A stretch of 64,000 nt of DNA from assembly GCA_041649175.1 (NCBI GenBank), contig JBAZNR010000001.1, positions 847,497-911,496 of the forward strand, written 5' to 3'. Below, piece after piece: positions 45,643-55,689 of this stretch. Below the pieces are notes generated by a model. It saw only the letters and a program-made list of their open reading frames with translations, did no database searches and was not told the origin of the DNA. A program made the position numbers and the translations under genes. How positions within the stretch are numbered: position 1 is the first letter of the stretch; each line of letters opens with the position of its first letter. The stretch is from Candidatus Omnitrophota bacterium. GTDB lineage: Bacteria; Omnitrophota; Gorgyraeia; Zapsychrales; JBAZNR01.

Positions 45643-46632
45643 ATGAAAATGGGAGCAACGCTTATTTTAACGCGTCAAGAGATAGCGCGCTTGATCAATA
45701 TGAAAAAGGCGATTCGCGTTGTTGAAGAAGCTTTTTATCAATATGGATTGGATCGTGTGCAGATGCCGGCAAAGATCTATTTGGACTTAAAAAAATTCCA
45801 AGGTGATTTCCGCGCTATGCCGGCGTATATTGAAAAATTCAAACTCTGCACGCTTAAATGGGTAAATGCCCATCCAAGAAACAAGAAGTTTGGATTTCCG
45901 TCGGTCATGGCCGTTATTATTTTAAGCGATCCTAAAAATGGTTTTCCTTTAAGTATTTTGGATGGAACATTATTAACCAGTTTTCGCACCGGAGCGGGAG
46001 CGGCGGTCGCGGCAAAATATTTAGCTAGGAAGAATTCTTCCGTTGTGGGATTGGTTGGGTGCGGGGTTCAAGCGCATACCCAGCTTTTGGGCCTGCGGGA
46101 GGTTTTAAAGATAAAGGAAGTGAAAGTTTTTGATCAACAAACGGTTTTGGCTAGAAAATTTATTTCGCAGATGCAAGTGAAACAAGAAAAGATGTCGGTA
46201 GCGCGAGATATTAAAAGTTGTGTTGAAGGATGTGATGTTATTGTGACGACGACTCCCTCGCGAAAACCGATCGTTCAATGGGGATGGATCAAAAAAGGGG
46301 CGCATATCAATGCCGTGGGTGCTGATGCTAAGGGCAAGCAAGAACTTGACCCGATGATCCTTAAAAGATCCAAAGTTGTAGTTGATGATTGGGCTCAAGC
46401 GTCGCATAGCGGAGAGATCAATGTTCCCGTCAGTAAAGGTTTTATAACGAAGAAAAATATCTACGCGACCTTAGGAGAAATTGTTGCCGGGCGGAAAAAA
46501 GGGCGGGCTTCTTCTAATGAAGTCACTGTTTTTGACTCTACGGGTTTAGCCATCCAAGATGTTGCGGTAGCTCAAGTGGCCTATCAGGCGGCGGTTCGGC
46601 AAAAAATCGGTACCAAGATTAGAATCATTTGA
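45643..46632 (+). CDS. Ornithine cyclodeaminase / mu-crystallin family NAD-dependent enzyme
   Basis: 329 aa. Rossmann motif ...VGLVGCGVQA... and overall OCD/mu-crystallin pattern. Confidence 0.7.
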   Translation: MKMGATLILTRQEIARLINMKKAIRVVEEAFYQYGLDRVQMPAKIYLDLKKFQGDFRAMPAYIEKFKLCTLKWVNAHPRNKKFGFPSVMAVIILSDPKNGFPLSILDGTLLTSFRTGAGAAVAAKYLARKNSSVVGLVGCGVQAHTQLLGLREVLKIKEVKVFDQQTVLARKFISQMQVKQEKMSVARDIKSCVEGCDVIVTTTPSRKPIVQWGWIKKGAHINAVGADAKGKQELDPMILKRSKVVVDDWAQASHSGEINVPVSKGFITKKNIYATLGEIVAGRKKGRASSNEVTVFDSTGLAIQDVAVAQVAYQAAVRQKIGTKIRII

Positions 46633-47801
46633 TGACCCAAAATCATTTTTTTATTGTTTGCGTTCTTCTGGCCATTGAGATCTTTATTCTTGTTATTTCT
46701 TCGCATAGAAATTTTAAACGTTACTTTCAGCTCCTTCCTTCCGTCTTCTGGATCTATTTTCTGCCGATGCTGGCTTCTACTCTTGGTGTTATTGACGGGA
46801 AAAACCCTCTTTACGCGAAATTAACGACGTATCTTTTGCCGCCCAGCCTTTTTATTTTACTCATGACAGTGGATGTGCGGGCGATTTTGCGTTTAGGCAA
46901 AATCGCCCTGATCATGTTCTTCGCGGGAAGCCTAGGGATCGTCTTGGGAGCGCCGTTGGTATTTTCTCTTTTTAAAAAATGGATCGGAGCGGATTTCTGG
47001 TCCGGATTTGGCGCGCTTTCCGGTTCTTGGAGCGGGGGAAGTGCCAATATGATCGCTGTTAAAGAATCTTTGAATGTACCCGACCCTATTTTTCTTCCGA
47101 TGGTGGTTGTGGATACGGTTGTTCCATATTTTTGGATGGGTATTCTGGTAGCCTTGTCAGGTCTTCAGATTTATTTTGACCGGTGGAACCGCTCGGATAG
47201 AGCGGTATTGGATGAATTAGGGCAAAGGGTTGCAACCATATTTATCCAAGAAAAGAAAATAAGATTTGGCGCGACAATCCTTATTCTGGCTTTAGCGGCC
47301 TTTGCCGGATACCTTGCGCAATTTCTCGCAGAATTCCTTCCTGTTATTGAAGACATGATCTCAACTTATGCGTGGACGATCATTCTCGTGTCTTTTTTAG
47401 GGATCTCGCTTTCCTTTACTCCGGCAAGAAATTTAGAGCGATTTCATTCGACAAAAATAGGGTATTTTCTTTTGTATTTTGTTCTTACCTCTATCGGCGC
47501 GAGGGCAGATCTAAGCAATATCCCATCTTCAGCTATTTTGATCTTAGCGGGATTTCTTATTGTTTTTATCCATTTTATTTTTCTCCTCACTGTGGCAAAA
47601 ATGATCAAAGCTCCGTTTTTCTTGGTGGCGACTGCCAGTCAGGCTAATATCGGCGGGGTAGCCTCGGCTCCTATCGTTGCTGAAATATACCAGTCGGGCC
47701 TTGCTTCGGTGGGATTGCTTCTGGCTATCCTTGGGAATATTGTCGGCACTTACTTTGGAATTATTGCCGGACAACTTTGCAGGGCCTTTTCGTCCGGGTA
47801 G
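46629..47801 (+). CDS. Polytopic membrane protein (DUF819-like, putative transporter)
   Basis: 390 aa, about 11 TM. Translationally coupled to the OCD gene by a 4-nt overlap. Confidence 0.4.
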   Translation: MMTQNHFFIVCVLLAIEIFILVISSHRNFKRYFQLLPSVFWIYFLPMLASTLGVIDGKNPLYAKLTTYLLPPSLFILLMTVDVRAILRLGKIALIMFFAGSLGIVLGAPLVFSLFKKWIGADFWSGFGALSGSWSGGSANMIAVKESLNVPDPIFLPMVVVDTVVPYFWMGILVALSGLQIYFDRWNRSDRAVLDELGQRVATIFIQEKKIRFGATILILALAAFAGYLAQFLAEFLPVIEDMISTYAWTIILVSFLGISLSFTPARNLERFHSTKIGYFLLYFVLTSIGARADLSNIPSSAILILAGFLIVFIHFIFLLTVAKMIKAPFFLVATASQANIGGVASAPIVAEIYQSGLASVGLLLAILGNIVGTYFGIIAGQLCRAFSSG

Positions 47802-47833
47802 CTCGCAGTATTTCTTTGCTGGTCATTAATTTC

Positions 47834-47862
47834 TTGACAAATAGGAAAAATATTCCATAATT
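47834..47862 (+). promoter_or_regulatory. sigma70-type promoter TTGACA-16-CATAAT upstream of the receiver gene at 48018
   Basis: TTGACA at 47834-47839 and CATAAT at 47856-47861. Confidence 0.4.
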
Positions 47863-48017
47863 AGAACTAAGAGAAAAAGTGGAACAATAGGAATTATGGA
47901 GGTTTTTATGCTTCCGATCCATGCTGCTACTGAAGTGCCTTATTCCCGCAGTTACCTTGCCGTTATAGTGATCCCATTGATATTCTCAAATAATCTCCGA
48001 TGCTTTTCTAAGAAAGG

Positions 48018-48404
48018 ATGTTTTTAATGAAAAAGAAAAAAATCCTCATTATTGATGATGACGACGGAATGCGTAGCGCTATTCGGAGGTTTCTGGCCGC
48101 AGAAGGAAAATACGAAATTGACGAAGTGTCAGACGGGTCTATGGTCGAAGAAAAGATCAAGCAATTTTCTCCGCAGCTTCTTCTTTTGGATATCCGCATG
48201 CCGGAAAAAGACGGCTATGAGGTTTGTTTAAGTATCCGCAGAAATGCCAGTTTAAACAATATTAAGATCATCGCGATGTCCGGATTAGCCGGCAATATCG
48301 GGGATGCGATCATTCGAGCTTTGGGGGCCGACTGTTTTTTTGAGAAACCGTTTGATAATGAAAAACTAAAAGCTAAGATCGCGGAGCTTCTGGGGGACGA
48401 ATAA
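48018..48404 (+). CDS. Stand-alone response-regulator receiver domain
   Basis: 128 aa. ILIIDDDDG ... LLLLDIRMP ... IAMSG...KP. Confidence 0.85.
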   Translation: MFLMKKKKILIIDDDDGMRSAIRRFLAAEGKYEIDEVSDGSMVEEKIKQFSPQLLLLDIRMPEKDGYEVCLSIRRNASLNNIKIIAMSGLAGNIGDAIIRALGADCFFEKPFDNEKLKAKIAELLGDE

Positions 48405-48405
48405 C

Positions 48406-48984
48406 ATGGATGACAGGCCTTTGACAACAGGAGAAATAGCTCAGTATTGCCATGTGACACATCGGGCTGTTTTAAAATGGGTTGTGTCCGGAAAATTAAA
48501 AGCTTATCGTACTCCCGGAAAGCATAGCAGGGTAGCATTGCAAGACTTTTTGGTTTTCCTCAGGAAATACAGCATGCCTGTCCCGCAAGAAATCGCGCAA
48601 CAACTGTCTACATTCCGAGAAAAAAAGAAAAAGATCCTCATTGTTGATGATGATAAGGAAATGAGCAATTCTATCAAAAGAGCATTTTATAACGATGACA
48701 GCTATGAGATCGAAGTGGCCTATGACGGGTTTAGTGCCGGCCAGAAATATTCAGAATATAATCCTGACTTGATCATTTTAGATATAAAAATGCCCGGACT
48801 AGACGGGTATGAAGTTTGTTCGCGCATTCGAAAAACCAATAAGGATGTTAAGATCCTGTCTATCTCCGGATTTGCCGATCTGGATGGCATAGAAAAGATG
48901 ATAAAACTCGGAGCTAATGATTATTTGGCTAAGCCTTTTACCAATCGTTTTTTAAAAACAAAGATCCAGAAATTGTTGGAGTGA
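48406..48984 (+). CDS. Response regulator with N-terminal excisionase/MerR-type helix-turn-helix and C-terminal receiver domain
   Basis: 192 aa. The N-terminal LTTGEIAQYCHVTHRAVLKWVVSGKLKAY is an HTH_17-like DNA-binding motif. The C-terminal KILIVDDD...LIILDIKMP...ILSISG...AKPF is a receiver. Start is 2 nt after the previous receiver gene. Confidence 0.7.
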   Translation: MDDRPLTTGEIAQYCHVTHRAVLKWVVSGKLKAYRTPGKHSRVALQDFLVFLRKYSMPVPQEIAQQLSTFREKKKKILIVDDDKEMSNSIKRAFYNDDSYEIEVAYDGFSAGQKYSEYNPDLIILDIKMPGLDGYEVCSRIRKTNKDVKILSISGFADLDGIEKMIKLGANDYLAKPFTNRFLKTKIQKLLE

Positions 48985-49053
48985 ACCGGTCAAACGCGAT
49001 GATCCGCATTTATTCATTATCAAACTACAATACCACTAAACCATGAGGATCGC

Positions 49054-52000
49054 ATGATGGAAAGCTTCTTTAAAGGAGAAATGGATTATATTTACTTTAT
49101 TTATGGACTAGGATTCCTTGTTCTGGCATCTATCTCTTTTATTTTGCAGCGAAAAAATTCTCCTCAGATTTCTTGGTTTTGGTTAGGAATGTTTGGGATC
49201 GTTCATGGAGCAGCCGAATGGTTTGTTCTAGCCAGTTTTTATACCAGCAATGTTCAGACCCTTGAGCTGATATCGAGGATCTTATCCATTGCTTCATTTG
49301 CCATATTAGTGAAATTTGGATTTGAGAATACTGCGCCATTGTCGGGACGCAGGGGCAATATCCTGATAGGGATCTTATTATTATGTGTTGTCTTCGCCGG
49401 ACAAATGTTGGCAGGATCGTTGGGGGCGGACATATTATCACGATATTTCCTAGGATTTCCGGGGGGAGTCTTTGCCGCTATTGTTATTTTTATTAAGGCC
49501 AAAGAGCAAAAGAAGTACGGATGGCATTGGCTTTCCTTGGCAGGCTTGTTTTTCGGGCTGTATGCTTTTACGCAGATCATGGTTCCTCGGGCAGATTTTT
49601 TCCCCGCGTCATCGTTGAATTCTCAAATATTTATGGAAACCTTGGGATTTCCGGTCCAGTTAGCGCGTGCCGCGTTGACTTTCCTTATCGCTATGTTCGC
49701 GTGGGCTTTTTGGTGGATCAGCACAGAAATTGAACATCAACGCAATCATAAAGTTTCGTTCCGTTATCTTGTTTTTCTTTCCCTTTTTGTTCTGACGATC
49801 ATCGTCTTTGGATGGATATTTACCGCGTTGATCGGCCAGCAGGGAAAGAATTCAATGCGCGAAGAGATGCTCAATCGAGCAAAGATCGCCGCCGCGGCTT
49901 TAAATCCTAGCGAGATTGCCGTGCTGGAGGGAAACGATCAGGACATCAATAAGGCGGAATTTCAGCATATTCGGACCCGGCTGATGGCTATGCGTTTTGC
50001 CAGCGGAGAGTTTAGATTTATTTACTTGATGGGATATCGTAATGGTGAAGTGTTCTTTCTTGCGGACTCTGAACCGTCTCAATCGGAAGATTATTCGCCT
50101 CCCGGCCAGGTCTATACGGAAGCAACACCAGAAATGATCCAGTCTTTTTCAACCGGAAGATCATTTGTGGAAGGCCCTTGGACCGACCGCTGGGGGACAT
50201 GGGTTTCGGCGTTTGCTCCGATCAGGAGCTCAGCCAATGATCAAGTTGTTGCTCTTTTAGGCATTGATCTGGATTCAGGAGACTGGGAGAGCATTATTTT
50301 TAAAAGCCGGCTTATTGGTGTTTTGTTTACTCTTATTTTGTGCTTGGTCGTTATCGGATTTTCTATTTTCTCGATCTTTATGCGGGAATCTTCGATAAAG
50401 ATCGCGGCGTCGGAAGACCGGTTCCGGACTATTTTTGAGAAAGCACCGGAGGGAGTCTTTATTTTTAATGCGGACGATCAGCGTATCTTGGAGGCGAATC
50501 CGTTTGTTTCCGATGCTTTGGGCCATCATCGCAGCGAGTTGCTTAACATGACCTTTGACCAGCTTTTTCCCGGGCTTAAATTGGGAAAAGATTATAAAAG
50601 CGACTTTGGAGAAGATGGCCCGGGATTAATTTTCACGGAAGAATGCCAATTCCAGAAGAAAGATTTTTCACTTGTGGATTTTGAACTAACGGGGATCGGA
50701 TTGAAATTTCACGATAAAAATAGCATCTTGGTTTTTATGCGTGATGTTTCTCAGCGAAAGCATGTCGAAGAAATACTAAAACGAAATGAGGAATATTATC
50801 GTTCTCTTATAGAAAATGCTCTGGATATCATTACGATCGTTGATGAAGCGGGAATTATCCGCTATATAAGCGCTTCTGCTTTTGATGCCCTTGGTTATTA
50901 TCCGGAAGACTTGATCGGGAAAAACGCTTTTGATTTTATCTATTACGATGATATCCCTAAAATGCAACTTCACTTGATCCAGATCCTTAAAGATCCGCAG
51001 GCGCTTCGCTTGGATACGTTTCGTTTTCGCCATCGGGACGGGTCATGGCGCATCTTGGAATCTAAAGGGCAAAACCGTCTTACGGACCCTGATGTAAAAG
51101 GCATTGTCCTTAATTCCCGAGATGTTACAGCACGCAGGAAAACAGAAGATCGGATCGACAAGTTGAATAATTGCCTTGTTGAGTTAGGAACCAACTCGGA
51201 TGAAAATATCAATAAACTTGTCGCGCTTTGCGGAGAGCTTTTAGGTGCAAGTTGTGCGCTTTACAACTCTCTTCAGGAAGGGCTTCTATGCTCTGTGGGA
51301 AGATGGCAGACGCCGGAAGATTTCAATCCAAAAGATAAGCCCGAGGGCCACATCTGTTTTGATGTTATCAAAAAGTCATCCGAAGAAGTCATTGTTATTC
51401 AAGATCTGCCCAATACACCCTATGCCCAAAGTGATCCCAATGTTAAGAAATATGGGCTCAAGACATATATCGGAAAAGCTATTAAATGTTCTGATGTTTA
51501 TACCGGCTCTTTGTGCCTTGTTTACCAAAAAGACTTTGTGCCTGCCGATGAGGACAAGAAGCTTTTTGGTATTATTGCCTCAGCAATAAGCCTGGAAGAA
51601 GAGCGGCGTTTTTCAAGAAAGAAGATTCAAGAACAGGTTTTCTTTCTCCAAAGGCTGATCGACGCGTTTCCCAATCCTGTATTTTATAAAGATACTAATT
51701 TTCGCTATACCGGGTTTAACCAAGCATTTCAAGATTTTCTTGGGCTCCCCAAAGAGCAGGTCATAGGAAAAACAGTCCGCGATGTTGTTGCGCCGGCAGA
51801 TGCCGAAAAACATAATCAAAAAGACACAGATCTTTTGAATAGCAAAAGTGATACCATCCAGATCTACGAAATGGATATGAAAAGTTCAGATGGAAATGCC
51901 CACCGTGTTGTTGTTTACAAGGCATTATTCTTTAGCGCGGACGGCTCTTTAGGAGGTATTGTCGGAACGATCGTTGATATCACCGAACGTAAAAGAATTG

Positions 52001-53664
52001 AAGAAAAGATATCAGAGATCCAGCGCCAACAGGAAGCCTTGCTTAATAATATTCCTGATATCGCCTGGCTTAAAGATAAAGAAAGCCGGATCGTTAATGC
52101 CAATGAGGCTTTTTGCAAGTCTTGCGGCCTTAACCCAAAAGATGTCATTGGAAAAAATGACTTTGAACTTTGGCCGAAAGACTTAGCGGAAAAATACCGG
52201 GCGGATGACATTGAAGTTATGAACAGCCGGGTGCGGAAAGTCATGGAAGAGCCCATTGAACATAAGTCCGGAAAAAGAGAATGGATCGAAACGATCAAGA
52301 CACCCGTTTTTAGCCCTCAGGGTGAAATATTGGGAAGCGTTGGTATCGGACGGGATATCACTCAACGTAAGAAAGCGGAAGAAGAGATCCGGAAGTTATT
52401 GCGTGCTATTGAGCAAAGCCCCAGTTCGGTTGTTATCACGAACACTTCCGGAAACATTGAATACGTTAATCCGAAATTCTCTGAAGCGACCGGGTATAGT
52501 TTTTCGGAGGCCATAGGGAAAAATCCTAGAATTCTAAAATCAGGAGAAACTTCTTCGGATGAATACAAAGGGCTATGGGAAGCGATCACCAGCGGTCAAG
52601 AATGGCGAGGGATATTCCATAACAAAAGAAAGAACGGAGAATTATTCTGGGAGTCGGCTTCTATTTCTCCGGTCCGCAACATTGATGGTGTCATCACGCA
52701 TTTTGTCGCGATCAAAGAAGATATTACGGAACAAAAAAAGATGAGCGATGAGCTTCTCCTAAGAAATCAGGAACTTATCAAAAGAGAAGAAGAGCTTAGC
52801 AAAGCATTGGGTGATCTCAAAATGGCACACGGAGAATTGAAAAATACCCAAAACCAGCTTCTTCAGGCCGAAAAGTTAGCCGCCATCGGGCAATTAGCGG
52901 CGGGCGTTGCGCATGAGATCAATAATCCGCTAGGATTTATCAGTAGCAACCTCGAGACCTTAGAGCAGTATATTGACAGCTATCTAGAGATCTTGCGCGC
53001 GACGGAAGAGCTAAAAATGTCGGTCGGGGAAAAGGACTTAAAAGAGGCGAATGCTATTCGCCAGAAAATTACTCAACTGGAGAAAGATAAGAATTTTGAT
53101 TTTATCGTTTCTGACGTGGCTAATTTGATCAAAGAATCAAAAGGCGGCATTGACCGTATTAAAAGGATCGTTAAAGATTTAAGAACATTCGCTCGTGATG
53201 ATAAAGATGTGATGAGTCTATCCAGCGTGGAAGAAGTTTTAGACGGGGTTATCAATATTGTCTGGAACGAGATCAAATACAAGGCAGATCTGCATAAAGA
53301 ATATGGACAGGCTCCGGCGGTGCAATGCAATGCGCAAAGGCTGGGCCAGGTTTTCATGAATATTCTGGTGAACGCCGTTCAGGCGATCAGAGAAAAAGGA
53401 ACGATCAACATCAAAACGTTCTTTGACCAGAAAAATGTTTATGTGGAAATTGAAGACAGCGGAAGCGGCATTGCCAAAGAAGATATTCTTAAGATATTTG
53501 ATCCGTTCTTTACTACAAAACCTGTTGGAAAAGGGACCGGGCTGGGTTTAAGCATTAGTTATGATATTATCAAAAAACACGGCGGAGAAATAAAGGTTGA
53601 GTCAGAGCCCGGGAAGGGGTCAAAATTTACGGTCGTTTTGCCCCGAGGGGCTTCGAAAGCATAG
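49054..53664 (+). CDS. Giant multi-sensor histidine kinase: N-terminal polytopic membrane domain, extracytoplasmic Cache-like domain, at least four PAS/PAC domains, a GAF-like domain, HisKA and HATPase_c
   Basis: 1536 aa. About 7 TM helices in the first 260 aa; a periplasmic segment (...FRFIYLMGYRNGEVFFLADSEP...WTDRWGTWVSAFAPI...) between TMs; repeated PAS cores (...GIIRYISASAFDALGY..., ...FYKDTNFRYTGFNQAFQDFLG..., ...AWLKDKESRIVNANEAFCKSCG..., ...VVITNTSGNIEYVNPKFSEATGY...). H-box LAAGVAHEINNPLGF. G-boxes ...IEDSGSGI... and ...GTGLGLSIS... Confidence 0.9.
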   Translation: MMESFFKGEMDYIYFIYGLGFLVLASISFILQRKNSPQISWFWLGMFGIVHGAAEWFVLASFYTSNVQTLELISRILSIASFAILVKFGFENTAPLSGRRGNILIGILLLCVVFAGQMLAGSLGADILSRYFLGFPGGVFAAIVIFIKAKEQKKYGWHWLSLAGLFFGLYAFTQIMVPRADFFPASSLNSQIFMETLGFPVQLARAALTFLIAMFAWAFWWISTEIEHQRNHKVSFRYLVFLSLFVLTIIVFGWIFTALIGQQGKNSMREEMLNRAKIAAAALNPSEIAVLEGNDQDINKAEFQHIRTRLMAMRFASGEFRFIYLMGYRNGEVFFLADSEPSQSEDYSPPGQVYTEATPEMIQSFSTGRSFVEGPWTDRWGTWVSAFAPIRSSANDQVVALLGIDLDSGDWESIIFKSRLIGVLFTLILCLVVIGFSIFSIFMRESSIKIAASEDRFRTIFEKAPEGVFIFNADDQRILEANPFVSDALGHHRSELLNMTFDQLFPGLKLGKDYKSDFGEDGPGLIFTEECQFQKKDFSLVDFELTGIGLKFHDKNSILVFMRDVSQRKHVEEILKRNEEYYRSLIENALDIITIVDEAGIIRYISASAFDALGYYPEDLIGKNAFDFIYYDDIPKMQLHLIQILKDPQALRLDTFRFRHRDGSWRILESKGQNRLTDPDVKGIVLNSRDVTARRKTEDRIDKLNNCLVELGTNSDENINKLVALCGELLGASCALYNSLQEGLLCSVGRWQTPEDFNPKDKPEGHICFDVIKKSSEEVIVIQDLPNTPYAQSDPNVKKYGLKTYIGKAIKCSDVYTGSLCLVYQKDFVPADEDKKLFGIIASAISLEEERRFSRKKIQEQVFFLQRLIDAFPNPVFYKDTNFRYTGFNQAFQDFLGLPKEQVIGKTVRDVVAPADAEKHNQKDTDLLNSKSDTIQIYEMDMKSSDGNAHRVVVYKALFFSADGSLGGIVGTIVDITERKRIEEKISEIQRQQEALLNNIPDIAWLKDKESRIVNANEAFCKSCGLNPKDVIGKNDFELWPKDLAEKYRADDIEVMNSRVRKVMEEPIEHKSGKREWIETIKTPVFSPQGEILGSVGIGRDITQRKKAEEEIRKLLRAIEQSPSSVVITNTSGNIEYVNPKFSEATGYSFSEAIGKNPRILKSGETSSDEYKGLWEAITSGQEWRGIFHNKRKNGELFWESASISPVRNIDGVITHFVAIKEDITEQKKMSDELLLRNQELIKREEELSKALGDLKMAHGELKNTQNQLLQAEKLAAIGQLAAGVAHEINNPLGFISSNLETLEQYIDSYLEILRATEELKMSVGEKDLKEANAIRQKITQLEKDKNFDFIVSDVANLIKESKGGIDRIKRIVKDLRTFARDDKDVMSLSSVEEVLDGVINIVWNEIKYKADLHKEYGQAPAVQCNAQRLGQVFMNILVNAVQAIREKGTINIKTFFDQKNVYVEIEDSGSGIAKEDILKIFDPFFTTKPVGKGTGLGLSISYDIIKKHGGEIKVESEPGKGSKFTVVLPRGASKA

Positions 53665-53696
53665 ATTTATTTCCTTGTTTTTGTTAGGGTTGCTGC

Positions 53697-53724
53697 TTGA
53701 CAGGGTTTTTATACCCCTTATAAT
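53697..53724 (+). promoter_or_regulatory. Perfect-consensus sigma70 promoter TTGACA-16-TATAAT upstream of the receiver gene at 53764
   Basis: TTGACA at 53697-53702 and TATAAT at 53719-53724. Confidence 0.5.
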
Positions 53725-53763
53725 GGAGAAGTTAAAATCATCATTTATGGCAAGGGGTAGCCC

Positions 53764-54123
53764 ATGAAAAAACACATTTTAGTTGTAGACGACGATCCAA
53801 CAAGCAATGCCTTGGTGAGCCTTTTATTGAAGGCCAATGAGTTTGATGTTTCCGTCGCAACGGACGGAGAAGAAGGCTTGGAAAAGGCCGGTTCAAACAA
53901 ACCGGATCTGATCGTTTTGGATGTTATGATGCCCAAAATGGACGGCTATACGTTTTTAAGGAAGCTCAAACAGATCAACGCCCTTGCTATCCCGCCTGTT
54001 ATTATGTTGACTTCCAAAGACAAAATGGAAGAAACATTTAAACTGGAAGGCGTTGCCGCGTATTTTGTTAAACCTTTGGAAACGGATAAATTTTTAACGA
54101 AAGTCATCGAATGTTTAAAGTAG
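53764..54123 (+). CDS. Stand-alone response-regulator receiver domain
   Basis: 119 aa. ILVVDDD ... LIVLDVMMP ... IMLTSK ... KP. Confidence 0.85.
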   Translation: MKKHILVVDDDPTSNALVSLLLKANEFDVSVATDGEEGLEKAGSNKPDLIVLDVMMPKMDGYTFLRKLKQINALAIPPVIMLTSKDKMEETFKLEGVAAYFVKPLETDKFLTKVIECLK

Positions 54124-54175
54124 ATCTTTCCTGTCGCCGCATTCTTTCAACCAACTTAATTCATCGAAGGTAAAA

Positions 54176-55249
54176 ATGGAAATTGGAATTGTCGGGCTTC
54201 CCAATGTGGGCAAGTCCACGCTTTTTAACGCATTGACCGGAGCCGGCGCGGCGGCGGCGAATTTTCCGTTTACGACGATCGAACCTAATATTGGCATTGT
54301 TCCTTTGCCGGATGAGAGGCTTAATCGTTTGGCAGAAAAATTCAACAGCCAAAAGATAACACCATCGGGAATTCGTTTTGTGGATATTGCCGGTTTGGTC
54401 AAGGGCGCAAGCCAAGGAGAAGGGCTGGGAAATCAATTTTTAGGCAATATCCGCGCGGTGGATGCCGTGGCTCATGTGGTGCGTTGTTTCCAGGATGATA
54501 ATGTCATCAGCGTTTTAGAACGCCTGGATCCTTCCAATGCGATCGATATCATTGATACTGAACTTTTACTATCTGACATGCAGCAAGCTCAGAAAGCTGC
54601 GGAAAAATTCCGCGGGCCGGCTCAATCAGGTGATAAAAAAGCTAAAGAAAAGATTTCTTTACTGGAAAGTGCCTTAGAGGCTTTTAACCAAGGAAAGCCG
54701 GCCCGTCATTTAAATTTGCCGGAAGAATTCTTGAACGAGTTTCAGTTCTTAACGGCTAAGCCGATCCTTTTTATCGCTAATACCGGCGAGGATAAAGTTC
54801 CTCAGGAATTATTATTGCCAATTGAGGAGCGCGCCAAAAAAGAAAAGGCTGAAGTGGTCGCATTGTGCGCCAAGATGGAAGCAGAAATTTTGCAATTACC
54901 CGAAGAAGAGCGCCGGGCTTATTATGACGCCGCCGGGATCACCTCGCCGGGATTAGCGCGCTTGGCCCAAACCGGTCGTCATTTACTTAAATTAGTTTGT
55001 TTCTTTACGGCTGGGCCCAAAGAAGCGCGGGCATGGCTTGTTCCGCAAGGGACACGGGCTGTTAAGGCTGCCGGAAAGATCCATACGGATATTGAGCGTG
55101 GTTTTATCCGTGCCGAAATTTATCAATATGATGATCTCATGAATTTGGGAAGCTACAAAGCTGTTCAGGAAAAAGGATTAGTCCGCCTAGAAGGTAAAGA
55201 TTACGAGATCAAAGAAGGCGATGTTGTTTATTTCAGGTTTTCTGTTTGA
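54176..55249 (+). CDS. ychF: Ribosome-binding ATPase YchF (Obg-family P-loop GTPase/ATPase)
   Basis: 357 aa. MEIGIVGLPNVGKSTLFNALT G1 motif, C-terminal TGS domain. Confidence 0.93.
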   Translation: MEIGIVGLPNVGKSTLFNALTGAGAAAANFPFTTIEPNIGIVPLPDERLNRLAEKFNSQKITPSGIRFVDIAGLVKGASQGEGLGNQFLGNIRAVDAVAHVVRCFQDDNVISVLERLDPSNAIDIIDTELLLSDMQQAQKAAEKFRGPAQSGDKKAKEKISLLESALEAFNQGKPARHLNLPEEFLNEFQFLTAKPILFIANTGEDKVPQELLLPIEERAKKEKAEVVALCAKMEAEILQLPEEERRAYYDAAGITSPGLARLAQTGRHLLKLVCFFTAGPKEARAWLVPQGTRAVKAAGKIHTDIERGFIRAEIYQYDDLMNLGSYKAVQEKGLVRLEGKDYEIKEGDVVYFRFSV

Positions 55250-55278
55250 GCTTATTAAAATCAAGGAGAGTGCAGAAA

Positions 55279-55662
55279 ATGGAAAAGAAAGTCGTCAAAG
55301 CCTGTAAAGCTCCGCAACCTATCGGGCCTTATCATCAAGCCGTGTCAACGGGAAGTTTGGTTTATACATCCGGACAAATTGCCATTGATCCTAAAACTGG
55401 TGAACTGTGCCAAGGGGCCGTGGCTGATCAGGCGCGCCTTGTGCTGAATAATCTTAAAGGTATTTTGGAAGATGCCGGCTCGTCGTTAGAAAAGGTTATT
55501 AAAACGACGGTGTTTTTAAAGAATATGGGTGATTTTGCCGAGATGAATAAAGTTTATGCAGAATTTTTCAAAGCCGAGCAAGCTCCGGCGCGTTCTACCG
55601 TTGAGGTGGCTAGGCTGCCGAAGGATGTTTTGGTCGAAATTGAAGCAGTGGCGATCATTTAG
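55279..55662 (+). CDS. ridA: RidA (YjgF/L-PSP) family enamine/imine deaminase
   Basis: 127 aa from the ATG at 55279, with AAGGAGAG 8 nt upstream. ...PIGPYHQAV...SGQIAIDP... ...ARSTVEVARLP... conserved RidA motifs. Confidence 0.85.
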   Translation: MEKKVVKACKAPQPIGPYHQAVSTGSLVYTSGQIAIDPKTGELCQGAVADQARLVLNNLKGILEDAGSSLEKVIKTTVFLKNMGDFAEMNKVYAEFFKAEQAPARSTVEVARLPKDVLVEIEAVAII

Positions 55663-55689
55663 AATAGCAGATCTTAACAGCACGATACA

